Below the pieces are notes generated by a model. The model was not told the origin of the DNA. It searched no databases and saw only the letters and a list, made by a program, of their open reading frames with translations. DNA of 42,297 nucleotides from Utricularia gibba (lineage: Eukaryota > Plantae > Magnoliophyta): NCBI GenBank assembly GCA_002189035.1, contig NEEC01000240.1, forward strand, positions 1 to 42,297, given 5' to 3'. Of the stretch, positions 24,801 through 38,700 are shown piece by piece (position 1 is the stretch's first letter; the number at the start of each line of letters is the position of its first letter). The translations under genes were made by a program, and so were the position numbers.

Positions 24801-27800
24801 GTTTTTGGTGGGTGCTTTCGTTGGGAAGTTCATCCGGACCCAAGGTTCGTTCGACTCCTGAGCCCATCGGGTCCTATTCGACGAAAATCGTGATGCATTT
24901 ATTGAAGTTAGGATGTCATGAGCACCCCAAATGGTTTTCTCATCCACAAGCTTTATATTTGAGGAGGCGCTCTCGAGGGGCACCAGGATCGGCCGGAGGT
25001 CGGGTCGGGCTCGGGCCCATAGTCATTTGTAGCCGGGAAAAAAGTGATCCATTTATTAACGTTGGGTTTTCGGCAGCTGCTTACATTGGAAGGAAAAGCT
25101 TGTCGTTTTTGGGTGGGTGCTTTCGTTGGGAAGTTCATCCGGACCCAAGGTTCGGTTCGACTCCTGAGCCCAATCGGGTCCTATTCGACGAAAATCGTGA
25201 TGCATTTATTGAAGTTAGGATGTCATGAGCACCCAAATGGTTTTCTCATCCACAACTTTTTATTTGAGGAGGCGCTCTCGAGGGGCAAGGATCGGGCCGG
25301 AGGTCGGGTCGGTCGGGCCATAGTCATTTGTAGCCCGGCAAAAAAAGTGATCCATTTATTAACGTTGGGTTTTCGGCAGCTGCCTACATGTTTCTGAAGG
25401 AAAAGCTTGTCGTTTTTGGGTGGGTGCTTTCGTTGGGAAGTTCATCCGAACCAAGGTTCGGTTCGACTCCTGAGCCCAATCGGGTCCTATTCGACGAAAA
25501 TCGTGATGCATTTATTGAAGTTAGGATGTCATGAGCACCCCAAATGGTTTTCTCATCCACAAGCTTTATATTTGAGGAGGCGCTCTCGAGGGGCACCAGG
25601 ATCGGGCCGGAGGTCGGGTCGGGCTCGGGCCCATAGTCATTTGTAGCCCGGAAAAAAAAGTGATCCATTTATTAACGTTGGGTTTTCGGCAGCTGCTTAC
25701 ATGGTTTCTGAAGGAAAAGCTTGTCGTTTTTTGGTTGGGTGCTTTCGTTGGGAAGTTCGTCCGGACCCAAGGTTCGGTTCGACTCCTGAGCCCAATCGGG
25801 TCCTATTCGACGAAAATCGTGATGCATTTATTGAAGTTAGGATGTCATGAGCACCCCAAATGGTTTCTCATCCACAAGCTTTTATTTGAGGAGGCGCTCT
25901 CGAGGGGCACCAGGATCGGGCCGGAGGTCGGGTCGGGCTCGGGCCCATAGTCATTTGTAGCCCGGGAAAAAAAGTGATCCATTTATTAACGTTGGGTTTT
26001 CGGCAGCTGCTACATGTTTTCTGAAGGAAAAGCTTGTCGTTTTTGGGTGGGTGCTTTCGTTGGGAAGTTCATCCGGACCAAGGTTCGGTTCGACTCCTGA
26101 GCCAATCGGGTCCTATTCAACGAAAATCGTGATGCATTTATTGAAGTTAGGATGTCATGAGCCCAAATGGTTTTCTCATCCACAAGCTTTTTATTTGAGG
26201 AGGCGCTCTCGAGGGGCACTAGGATCGGCCGGAGGTCGGGTCGGGCTCGGGCCATAGTCATTTGTAGCCGGCAAAAAAAGTGATCCATTTATTAACGTTG
26301 GGTTTTCGGCAGCTGCTACATGTTTTCTGAAGGAAAAGCTTGTCGTTTTTGGGTGGGTGCTTTCGTTGGGAAGTTCATCCGGACCCAAGGTTCGGTTCGA
26401 CTCCTGAGCCCAATCGGGTCCTATTCGACGAAAATCGTGATGCATTTATTGAAGTTAGGATGTCATGAGCACCCCAAATGGTTTTCTCATCCACAAGCTT
26501 TATTTTGAGGAGGCGCTCTCGAGGGGCACCAGGATCGGGCCGGAGGTCGGGTCGGGCTCGGGCCCATAGTCATTTGTAGCCCGGGAAAAAAGTGATCCAT
26601 TTATTAACGTTGGGTTTTCGGCAGCTGCCTACATGTTTTCTGAAGGAAAAGCTTGTCGTTTTTGGTGGGTGCTTTCGTTGGGAAGTTCATCCGGACCCAA
26701 GGTTCGGTTCGACTCTGAGCCAATCGGGTCCTATTCGACGAAAATCGTGATGCATTTATTGAAGTTAGGATGTCATGAGCACCCAAATGGTTTTTCTCAT
26801 CACAACTTTTTATTTGAGGAGGCGCTCTCGAGGGCACAGGATCGGGCCGGAGGTCGGGTCGGGCTCGGGCCATAGTCATTTGTAGCCCGGCAAAAAAAGT
26901 GATCCATTTATTAACGTTGGGTTTTCGGCAGCTGCCTACATGTTTCTGAAGGAAAAGCTTGTCGTTTTTGGGTGGGTGCTTTCGTTGGGAAGTTCATCCG
27001 GACCCAAGGTTCGGTTCGACTCCTGAGCCAATCGGGTCCTATTCACGAAAATCGTGATGCATTTATTGAAGTTAGGATGTCATGAGCACCAAATGGTTTT
27101 CTCATCCACAAGCTTTATATTTGAGGAGGCGCTCTCGAGGGCACCAGGATCGGGCCGGAGGTCGGGTCGGGCTCGGGCCCATAGTCATTTGTAGCCCGGA
27201 AAAAAAGTGATCCATTTATTAACGTTGGGTTTTCGGCAGCTGCTTACATGGTTTCTGAAGGAAAAGCTTGTCGTTTTTGGTTGGGTGCTTTCGTTGGGAA
27301 GTTCGTCCGGACCCAAGGTTCGGTTCGACTCCTGAGCCAATCGGGTCCTATTCGACGAAAATCGTGATGCATTTATTGAAGTTAGGATGTCATGAGCACC
27401 CAAATGGTTTTCTCATCCACAAGCTTTATATTTGAGGAGGCGCTCTCGAGGGGCCAGGATCGGGCCGGAGGTCGGGTCGGGCTCGGGCCATAGTCATTTG
27501 TAGCCCGGGAAAAAAAGTGATCCATTTATTAACGTTGGGTTTTCGGCAGCTGCCTACATGGTTTCTGAAGGAAAAGCTTGTCGTTTTTGGTTGGGTGCTT
27601 TCGTTGGGAAGTTCATCGGACCAAGGTTCGGTTCGACTCCTGAGCCAATCGGGTCCTATTCGACGAAAATCGTGATGCATTTATTGAAGTTAGGATGTCA
27701 TGAGCACCCCAAATGGTTTTCTCATCCACAAGCTTTTATTTGAGGAGGCGCTCTCGAGGGGCACCAGGATCGGGCCGGAGGTCGGGTCGGGCTCGGGCCC

Positions 27801-30800
27801 ATAGTCATTTGTAGCCCGGCAAAAAAGTGATCCATTTATTAACGTGGGTTTTCGGCAGCTGCCTACATTGTTTCTGAAGGAAAAGCTTGTCGTTTTTGGG
27901 TGGGTGCTTTCGTTGGGAAGTTCATCCGACCCAAGGTTCGTTCGACTCTGAGCCCATCGGGTCCTATTCGACGAAAATCGTGATGCATTTATTGAAGTTA
28001 GGATGTCATGAGCACCCAAATGGTTTTCTCATCCACAAGCTTTATATTTGAGGAGGCGCTCTCGAGGGGCACCAGGATCGGGCCGGAGGTCGGGTCGGGC
28101 TCGGGCCCATAGTCATTTGTAGCCCGGGAAAAAAAGTGATCCATTTATTAACGTTGGGTTTTCGGCAGCTGCTTACATGGTTTCTGAAGGAAAAGCTTGT
28201 CGTTTTTTGGTTGGGTGCTTTCATTGGGAAGTTCATCCGGACCCAAGGTTCGGTTCGACTCCTGAGCCCAATCGGGTCCTATTCGACGAAAATCGTGATG
28301 CATTTATTGAAGTTAGGATGTCATGAGCACCCAAATGGTTTTCTCATCCACAAGCTTTATATTTGAGGAGGCGCTCTCGAGGGGCACCAGGATCGGGCCG
28401 GAGGTCGGGTCGGGCTCGGGCCATAGTCATTTGTAGCCGGGAAAAAAAGTGATCCATTTATTAACGTTGGGTTTTCGGCAGCTGCTACATGTTTCTGAAG
28501 GAAAAGCTTGTCGTTTTTGGGTGGGTGCTTTCGTTGGGAAGTTCATCCGGACCAAGGTTCGGTTCGACTCCTGAGCCAATCGGGTCCTATTCGACGAAAA
28601 TCGTGATGCATTTATTGAAGTTAGGATGTCATGAGCACCCCAAATGGTTTTCTCATCCACAAGCTTTTTATTTGAGGAGGCGCTCTCGAGGGGCACAGGA
28701 TCGGGCCGGAGGTCGGTCGGGCTCGGGCCATAGTCATTTGTAGCCCGGCAAAAAAAGTGATCCATTTATTAACGTTGGGTTTTCGGCAGCTGCTACATGT
28801 TTCTGAAGGAAAAGCTTGTCGTTTTTGGGTGGGTGCTTTCATTGGGAAGTTCGTCCGGACCAAGGTTCGGTTCGACTCTGAGCCCAATCGGGTCCTATTC
28901 GACGAAAATCGTGATGCATTTATTGAAGTTAGGATGTCATGAGCACCCAAATGGTTTTCTCATCCACAAGCTTTATATTTGAGGAGGCGCTCTCGAGGGG
29001 CACCAGGATCGGGCCGGAGGTCGGGTCGGGCTCGGGCCCATAGTCATTTGTAGCCCGGGAAAAAAAAGTGATCCATTTATTAACGTTGGGTTTTCGGCAG
29101 CTGCCTACATGTTTCTGAAGGAAAAGCTTGTCGTTTTTGGGTGGGTGCTTTCGTTGGGAAGTTCATCCGGACCCAAGGTTCGGTTCGACTCCTGAGCCAA
29201 TCGGGTCCTATTCAACGAAAATCGTGATGCATTTATTGAAGTTAGGATGTCATGAGCACCCAAATGGTTTTCTCATCCACAACTTTTTATTTGAGGAGGC
29301 GCTCTCGAGGGGCACCAGGATCGGCCGGAGGTCGGGTCGGGCTCGGGCCCATAGTCATTTGTAGCCCGGCAAAAAAAGTGATCCATTTATTAACGTTGGG
29401 TTTTCGGCAGCTGCTACATTGTTTCTGAAGGAAAAGCTTGTCGTTTTTGGGTGGGTGCTTTCGTTGGGAAGTTCATCCGGACCAAGGTTCGTTCGACTCC
29501 TGAGCCCAATCGGGTCCTATTCGACGAAAATCGTGATGCATTTATTGAAGTTAGGATGTCATGAGCACCAAATGGTTTTCTCATCCACAAGCTTTATATT
29601 TGAGGAGGCGCTCTCGAGGGGCACCAGGATCGGGCCGGAGGTCGGGTCGGGCTCGGCCATAGTCATTTGTAGCCCGGGAAAAAAAGTGATCCATTTATTA
29701 ACGTTGGGTTTTCGGCAGCTGCTTACATGGTTTTGAAGGAAAAGCTTGTCGTTTTTGGTTGGGTGCTTTCGTTGGGAAGTTCGTCCGGACCCAAGGTTCG
29801 GTTCGACTCCTGAGCCCAATCGGGTCCTATTCGACGAAAATCGTGATGCATTTATTGAAGTTAGGATGTCATGAGCACCCAAATGGTTTTCTCATCCACA
29901 AGCTTTATATTTGAGGAGGCGCTCTCGAGGGGCACCAGGATCGGGCGGAGGTCGGGTCGGGCTCGGCCCATAGTCATTTGTAGCCGGGAAAAAAAAGTGA
30001 TCCATTTATTAACGTTGGGTTTTCGGCAGCTGCTACATGGTTTCTGAAGGAAAAGCTTGTCGTTTTTGGTGGGTGCTTTCATTGGGAAGTTCGTCCGGAC
30101 CCAAGGTTCGGTTCGACTCCTGAGCCCAATCGGGTCCTATTCGACGAAAATCGTGATGCATTTATTGAAGTTAGGATGTCATGAGCACCCAAATGGTTTT
30201 CTCATCCACAAGCTTTTATTTGAGGAGGCGCTCTCGAGGGGCACCAGGATCGGGCCGGAGGTCGGGTCGGGCTCGGGCCCATAGTCATTTGTAGCCCGGG
30301 AAAAAAAGTGATCCATTTATTAACGTTGGGTTTTCGGCAGCTGCTACATGGTTTCTGAAGGAAAAGCTTGTCGTTTTTGGTTGGGTGCTTTCATTGGGAA
30401 GTTCATCCGGACAAGGTTCGGTTCGACTCTGAGCCCAATCGGGTCCTATTCGACGAAAATCGTGATGCATTTATTGAAGTTAGGATGTCATGAGCACCCA
30501 AATGGTTTTCTCATCCACAAGCTTTATATTTGAGGAGGCGCTCTCGAGGGGCACCAGGATCGGGCCGGAGGTCGGGTCGGGCTCGGGCCCATAGTCATTT
30601 GTAGCCGGGAAAAAAAGTGATCCATTTATTAACGTTGGGTTTTCGGCAGCTGCTACATGTTTCTGAAGGAAAAGCTTGTCGTTTTTGGTGGGTGCTTTCG
30701 TTGGGAAGTTCATCCGGACCAAGGTTCGGTTCGACTCCTGAGCCAATCGGGTCCTATTCAACGAAAATCGTGATGCATTTATTGAAGTTAGGATGTCATG

Positions 30801-32741
30801 AGCACCCCAAATGGTTTTCTCATCCACAAGCTTTATATTTGAGGAGGCGCTCGAGGGGCACAGGATCGGGCCGGAGGTCGGGTCGGGCTCGGGCCATAGT
30901 CATTTGTAGCCCGGCAAAAAAAAGTGATCCATTTATTAACGTTGGGTTTTCGGCAGCTGCCTACATGAAAGGAAAAGCTTGTCGTTTTTGGTTGGGTGCT
31001 TTCGTTGGGAAGTTCATCCGGACCAAGGTTTTCGACTCTGAGCCAATCGGGTCCTATTCGACGAAAATCGTGATGCATTTATTGAAGTTAGGATGTCATG
31101 AGCACCCAAATGGTTTTCTCATCCACAAGCTTTTATATTTGAGGAGGCGCTCTCGAGGGGCACCAGGATCGGGCCGGAGGTCGGGTCGGGCTCGGCCATA
31201 GTCATTTGTAGCCGGGAAAAAAAGTGATCCATTTATTAACGTTGGGTTTTCGGCAGCTGCTTACATGGTTTCTGAAGGAAAAGCTTGTCTTTTTTGGTGG
31301 GTGCTTTTGGGAAGTTCGTCCGGACCCAAGTTCGGTTCGACTCCTGAGCCAATCGGGTCCTATTCGACGAAAATCGTGATGCATTTATTGAAGTTAGGAT
31401 GTCATGAGCACCCCAAATGGTTTTCTCATCCACAAGCTTTATATTTGAGGAGGCGCTCTCGAGGGGCACCAGGATCGGGCCGGAGGTCGGGTCGGGCTCG
31501 GGCCATAGTCATTTGTAGCCCGGGAAAAAAGTGATCCATTTATTAACGTTGGGTTTTCGGCAGCTGCCTACATGTTTCTGAAGGAAAAGCTTGTCGTTTT
31601 TGGGTGGGTGCTTTCGTTGGGAAGTTCCCCAAGGTTCGTTCGACTCCTGAGCCCAATCGGTCCTATTCGACGAAAATCGTGATGCATTTATTGAAGTTAG
31701 GATGTCATGAGCACCAAATGGTTTTCTCATCCACAAGCTTTTATTTGAGGAGGCGCTCTCGAGGGGCACCAGGATGGGCCGGAGGTCGGGTCGGGCTCGG
31801 GCCCATAGTCATTTGTAGCCGGGAAAAAAAGTGATCCATTTATTAACGTTGGGTTTTCGGCAGCTGCTTACATGTTTCTGAAGGAAAAGCTTGTCGTTTT
31901 TGGGTGGGTGCTTTCGTTGGGAAGTTCTCCGGACCAAGGTTCGGTTCGACTCCTGAGCCAATCGGGTCCTATTCGACGAAAATCGTGATGCATTTATTGA
32001 AGTTAGGATGTCATGAGCACCCAAATGGTTTTCTCCACATTTTTTATTTGAGGAGGCGCTCTCGAGGGGCACAGGATCGGCCGGAGGTCGGTCGGTCGGG
32101 CCATAGTCATTTGTAGCCCGGCAAAAAAGTGATCCATTTATTAACGTTGGGTTTTCGGCAGCTGCTACATGTTTTGAAGGAAAGCTTGTCGTTTTTGGTG
32201 GGTGCTTTCGTTGGGAAGTTCATCCGACCCAAGGTTCTGTTCGACTCCTGAGCCCATCGGGTCTATTCGACGAAAATCGTGATGCATTTATTGAAGTTAG
32301 GATGTCATGAGCACCAAATGGTTTTCTCTCATCACAAGCTTTATATTTGAGGAGGCGCTCTCGAGGGCACAGGATCGGGCCGGAGGTCGGGTCGGGCTCG
32401 GGCCATAGTCATTTGTAGCCCGGGAAAAAAGTGATCCATTTATTAACGTTGGGTTTTCGGCAGCTGCTTACATGGTTTCTGAAGGAAAAGCTTGTCGTTT
32501 TTGGTTGGGTGCTTTCATTGGGAAGTTCGTCCGGACCCAAGGTTCGGTTCGACTCCTGAGCCCAATCGGGTCCTATTCGACGAAAATCGTGATGCATTTA
32601 TTGAAGTTAGGATGTCATGAGCACCCAAATGGTTTTCTCATCACAAGCTTTATATTTGAGGAGGCGCTCTCGAGGGCACCAGGATCGGCCGGAGGTCGGG
32701 TCGGGCTCGGGCCCATAGTCATTTGTAGCCCGGGAAAAAAA
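18852..32741 (+). repeat. Array domain 2: head-C variant present, tail B nearly absent
   Basis: GGTTGGGTGC first appears at about 18923 and TTCATTGGG at about 19240. TTCGTCCGG becomes common. Nearly all tails are type A, mostly ending CCCGGG/CCGGG-A-tract. Confidence 0.75.
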
Positions 32742-35700
32742 GTGATCCATTTATTAAGTTGGGTTTTCGGCAGCTGCCTACATGTTTCTGAAGGAAAAGC
32801 TTGTCGTTTTGGGTGGGTGCTTTCGTTGGGAAGTTCATCCGGACCCAAGGTTCGGTTCGACTCCTGAGCCCAATCGGGTCCTATTCACGAAAATCGTGAT
32901 GCATTTTTGAAGTTAGGATGTCATGAGCACCAAATGGTTTTCTCATCCACAAGCTTTTATTTGAGGAGGCGCTCTCGAGGGGCACCAGGATCGGGCCGGA
33001 GGTCGGTCGGGCTCGGGCCCATAGTCATTTGTAGCCCGGCAAAAAAAGTGATCCATTTATTAACGTTGGTTTTCGGCAGCTGCTACATGTTTCTGAAGGA
33101 AAAGCTTGTCGTTTTTGGTGGGTGCTTTCGTTGGAAAGTTCATCCGGACCAAGGTTCGGTTCGACTCCTGAGCCCAATCGGGTCCTATTCAACGAAAATC
33201 GTGATGCATTTATTGAAGTTAGGATGTCATGAGCACCCCAAATGGTTTTCTCATCCACAAGCTTTATATTTGAGGAGGCGCTCTCGAGGGGCACTAGGAT
33301 CGGGCCGAGGTCTCGGGCCCATAGTCATTTGTAGCCCGGCAAAAAAGTGATCCATTTATTAACGTTGGGTTTTCGGCAGCTGCCTACATTGTTTCTGAAG
33401 GAAAAGCTTGTCGTTTTTGGGTGGGTGCTTTCGTTGGAAGTTCATCCGGACCAAGGTTCGGTTCGACTCCTGCCCAATCGGGTCCTATTCGACGAAAATC
33501 GTGATGCATTTATTGAAGTTAGGATGTCATGAGCACCCCAAATGGTTTTCTCATCCACAAGCTTTATATTTGAGGAGGCGCTCTCGAGGGGCACCAGGAT
33601 CGGCCGGAGGTCGGGTCGGGCTCGGGCCATAGTCATTTGTAGCCCGGCAAAAAAAGTGATCCATTTATTAACGTTGGGTTTTCGGCAGCTGCTACATGTT
33701 TCTGAAGGAAAAGCTTGTCGTTTTTGGGTGGGTGCTTTCGTTGGGAAGTTCATCCGGACCCAAGGTTCGGTTCGACTCCTGAGCCAATCGGGTCCTATTC
33801 GACGAAAATCGTGATGCATTTATTGAAGTTAGGATGTCATGAGCACCCCAAATGGTTTTCTCATCCACAAGCTTTATATTTGAGGAGGCGCTCTCGAGGG
33901 GCACAGGATCGGGCCGGAGGTCGGTCGGGCTCGGGCCCATAGTCATTTGTAGCCCGGGAAAAAAAGTGATCCATTTATTAACGTTGGGTTTTCGGCAGCT
34001 GCCTACATTTTTCTGAAGGAAAAGCTTGTCGTTTTTGGTGGGTGCTTTCGTTGGGAAGTTCATCCGGACCCAAGGTTCGTTCGACTCCTGAGCCCAATCG
34101 GGTCCTATTCGACGAAAATCGTGATGCATTTATTGAAGTTAGGATGTCATGAGCACCCCAAATGGTTTTCCAACCACACTTTTTATTTGAGGAGGCGCTC
34201 TCGAGGGGCACAGGATCGGCCGGAGGTCGGTCGGCTCGGGCCCATAGTCATTTGTAGCCCGGCAAAAAAAGTGATCCATTTATTAACGTTGGGTTTTCGG
34301 CAGCTGCTACATGGTTTCTGAAGGAAAAGCTTGTCGTTTTTGGTGGGTGCTTTCGTTGGGAAGTTCATCCGGACCAAGGTTCGGTTCGACTCCTGAGCCC
34401 ATCGGGTCCTATTCGACGAAAATCGTGATGCATTTATTGAAGTTAGGATGTCATGAGCACCCAAATGGTTTTCTCATCCACAACTTTATATTTGAGGAGG
34501 CGCTCTCGAGGGGCACCAGGATCGGGCCGGAGGTCGGGTCGGGCTCGGGCCCATAGTCATTTGTAGCCCGGGAAAAAAAGTGATCCATTTATTAACGTTG
34601 GGTTTTCGGCAGCTGCCTACATGGTTTCTGAAGGAAAAGCTTGTCGTTTTTGGTGGGTGCTTTCGTTGGGAAGTTCATCCGGACCCAAGGTTCGGTTCGA
34701 CTCCTGAGCCCAATCGGGTCCTATTCGACGAAAATCGTGATGCATTTATTGAAGTTAGGATGTCATGAGCACCCCAAATGGTTTCTCATCCACAAGCTTT
34801 ATATTTGAGGAGGCGCTCTCGAGGGGCACCAGGATCGGGCCGGAGGTCGGGTCGGGCTCGGCCCATAGTCATTTGTAGCCCGGCAAAAAAAGTGATCCAT
34901 TTATTAACGTTGGGTTTTCGGCAGCTGCTACATTGTTTCTGAAGGAAAAGCTTGTCGTTTTTGGGTGGGTGCTTTCGTTGGGAAGTTCATCCGGACCAAG
35001 GTTCGGTTCGACTCCTCCCCAATCGGGTCCTATTCGACGAAAATCGTGATGCATTTATTGAAGTTAGGATGTCATGAGCACCCAAATGGTTTTCTCACCA
35101 CAACTTTTTATTTGAGGAGGCGCTCTCGAGGGGCACTAGGATCGGCCGGAGGTCGTCGGGGCCCATAGTCATTTGTAGCCCGGCAAAAAAAGTGATCCAT
35201 TTATTAACGTTGGGTTTTCGGCAGCTGCCTACATGTTTCTGAAGGAAAAGCTTGTCGTTTTTGGGTGGGTGCTTTCGTTGGGAAGTTCCGGACCCAAGGT
35301 TCGTTCGACTCCTGAGCCCAATCGGGTCCTATTCGACGAAAATCGTGATGCATTTATTGAAGTTAGGATGTCATGAGCACCCCAAATGGTTTTCTCATCC
35401 ACAAGCTTTATATTTGAGGAGGCGCTCTCGAGGGCACCAGGATCGGGCCGGAGGTCGGGTCGGCTCGGCCCATAGTCATTTGTAGCCCGGGAAAAAAAGT
35501 GATCCATTTATTAACGTTGGGTTTTTTACATGTTTCTGAAGGAAAAGCTTGTCGTTTTTGGTGGGTGCTTTCGTTGGGAAGTTCATCCGGACCCAAGGTT
35601 CGGTTCGACTCCTGAGCCCAATCGGGTCCTATTCGACGAAAATCGTGATGCATTTATTGAAGTTAGGATGTCATGAGCACCCCAAATGGTTTTCTCATCC

Positions 35701-38700
35701 ACAAGCTTTATATTTGAGGAGGCGCTCTCGAGGGGCACCAGGATCGGCCGGAGGTCGGGTCGGGCTCGGGCCCATAGTCATTTGTAGCCCGGCAAAAAAA
35801 GTGATCCATTTATTAACGTTGGGTTTTCGGCAGCTGCCTACATTGTTTCTGAAGGAAAAGCTTGTCGTTTTTGGGTGGGTGCTTTCGTTGGGAAGTTCAT
35901 CCGGACCAAGGTTCGGTTCGACTCCTGAGCCCAATCGGGTCCTATTCGACGAAAATCGTGATGCATTTATTGAAGTTAGGATGTCATGAGCACCCAAATG
36001 GTTTTTCATCCACAACTTTTTATTTGAGGAGGCGCTCTCGAGGGGCAGGATCGGCCGGAGGTCGTCGATCGGGCCCATAGTCATTTGTAGCCCGGCAAAA
36101 AAAGTGATCCATTTATTAACGTTGGGTTTTCGGCAGCTGCTACATGTTTCTGAAGGAAAAGCTTGTCGTTTTTGGGTGGGTGCTTTCGTTGGGAAGTTCA
36201 TCCGGACCCAAGGTTCGGTTCGACTCCTGAGCCCATCGGGTCCTATTCGACGAAAATCGTGATGCATTTATTGAAGTTAGGATGTCATGAGCACCCAAAT
36301 GGTTTTCTCATCCACAAGCTTTATATTTGAGGAGGCGCTCTCGAGGGGCACCAGGATCGGGCCGGAGGTCGGTCGGGCTCGGGCCCATAGTCATTTGTAG
36401 CCCGGGAAAAAAAGTGATCCATTTATTAACGTTGGGTTTTCGGCAGCTGCCTACATGGTTTCTGAAGGAAAAGCTTGTCGTTTTTGGTTGGGTGCTTTCA
36501 TTGGGAAGTTCGTCCGGACCCAAGGTTCGGTTCGACTCCTGAGCCCAATCGGGTCCTATTCGACGAAAATCGTGATGCATTTATTGAAGTTAGGATGTCA
36601 TGAGCACCCCAAATGGTTTTCTCATCCACAAGCTTTATATTTGAGGAGGCGCTCTCGAGGGGCACCAGGATCGGGCCGGAGGTCGGTCGGGCTCGGGCCA
36701 TAGTCATTTGTAGCCCGGGAAAAAAAGTGATCCATTTATTAACGTTGGGTTTTCGGCAGCTGCCTACATGGTTTCTGAAGGAAAAGCTTGTCGTTTTTGG
36801 TTGGGTGCTTTCATTGGGAAGTTCATCCGGACCCAAGGTTCGGTTCGACTCCTGAGCCCAATCGGGTCCTATTCGACGAAAATCGTGATGCATTTATTGA
36901 AGTTAGGATGTCATGAGCACCCCAAATGGTTTTCTCATCCACAAGCTTTATATTTGAGGAGGCGCTCTCGAGGGGCACCAGGATCGGGCCGGAGGTCGGG
37001 TCGGGCTCGGGCCCATAGTCATTTGTAGCCCGGGAAAAAAAGTGATCCATTTATTAACGTTGGTTTTCGGCAGCTGCCTACATTGTTTCTGAAGGAAAAG
37101 CTTGTCGTTTTGGGTGGGTGCTTTCGTTGGGAAGTTCATCCGGACCCAAGGTTCGTTCGACTCCTGAGCCCAATCGGGTCCTATTCGACGAAAATCGTGA
37201 TGCATTTATTGAAGTTAGGATGTCATGAGCACCCAAATGGTTTTCTCAACAATGCTTTTATTTGAGGAGGCGCTCTCGAGGGGCACTAGGATCGGGCCGG
37301 AGGTCGGGTCGGGCTCGGGCCCATAGTCATTTGTAGCCCGGCAAAAAAAGTGATCCATTTATTAACGTTGGGTTTTCGGCAGCTGCTACATGGTTTCTGA
37401 AGGAAAAGCTTGTCGTTTTTGGTGGGGTGCTTTCTTGGGAAGTTTCCGGACCCAAGGTTCGGTTCGACTCCTGAGCCAATCGGGTCCTATTCGACGAAAA
37501 TCGTGATGCATTTATTGAAGTTAGGATGTCATGAGCACCCCAAATGGTTTTCATCCACAACTTTTTATTTGAGGAGGCGCTCTCGAGGGGCACTAGGATC
37601 GGCCGGAGGTCGGTCGGTCGGGCCCATAGTCATTTGTAGCCCGGCAAAAAAGTGATCCATTTATTAACGTTGGGTTTTCGGCAGCTGCCTACATGGTTTC
37701 TGAAGGAAAAGCTTGTCGTTTTTGGGTGGGTGCTTTCGTTGGGAAGTTCATCCGGACCCAAGGTTCGGTTCGACTCCTGAGCCAATCGGGTCCTATTCGA
37801 CGAAAATCGTGATGCATTTATTGAAGTTAGGATGTCATGAGCACCCAAATGGTTTTCTCACAACTTTTTATTTGAGGAGGCGCTCTCGAGGGGCACCAGG
37901 ATCGGCCGGAGGTCGGGTCGTCGGGCCCATAGTCATTTGTAGCCCGGCAAAAAAAGTGATCCATTTATTAACGTTGGGTTTTCGGCAGCTGCCTACATTG
38001 TTTCTGAAGGAAAAGCTTGTCGTTTTTGGTGGGTGCTTTGTTGGGAAGTTCATCCGGACCCAAGGTTCGTTCGACTCCTGAGCCCGTCGGGTCCTATTCG
38101 ACGAAAATCGTGATGCATTTATTGAAGTTAGGATGTCATGAGCACCCCAAATGGTTTTCTCATCCACAAGCTTTATATTTGAGGAGGCGCTCTCGAGGGG
38201 CACCAGGATCGGGCCGGAGGTCGGGTCGGGCTCGGGCCCATAGTCATTTGTAGCCGGGAAAAAAAGTGATCCATTTATTAACGTTGGTTTTCGGCAGCTG
38301 CTACATGTTTCTGAAGGAAAAGCTTGTCGTTTTGGGGGGTGCTTTCGTTGGGAAGTTCATCCGGACCCAAGGTTCGGTTCGACTCCTGAGCCAATCGGGT
38401 CCTATTCACGAAAATCGTGATGCATTTATTGAAGTTAGGATGTCATGAGCACCCAAATGGTTTTCTCCACAAGCTTTTATTTGAGGAGGCGCTCTCGAGG
38501 GGCACTAGGATCGGCCGGAGGTCGTCGTCGGGCCCATAGTCATTTGTAGCCCGGCAAAAAAAGTGATCCATTTATTAACGTTGGGTTTTCGGCAGCTGCC
38601 TACATGTTTCTGAAGGAAAAGCTTGTCGTTTTTGGGTGGTGCTTGGGAAGTTCATCCGGACCCAAGGTTGTTCGACTCAGCCCAATCGGGTCCTATTCGA

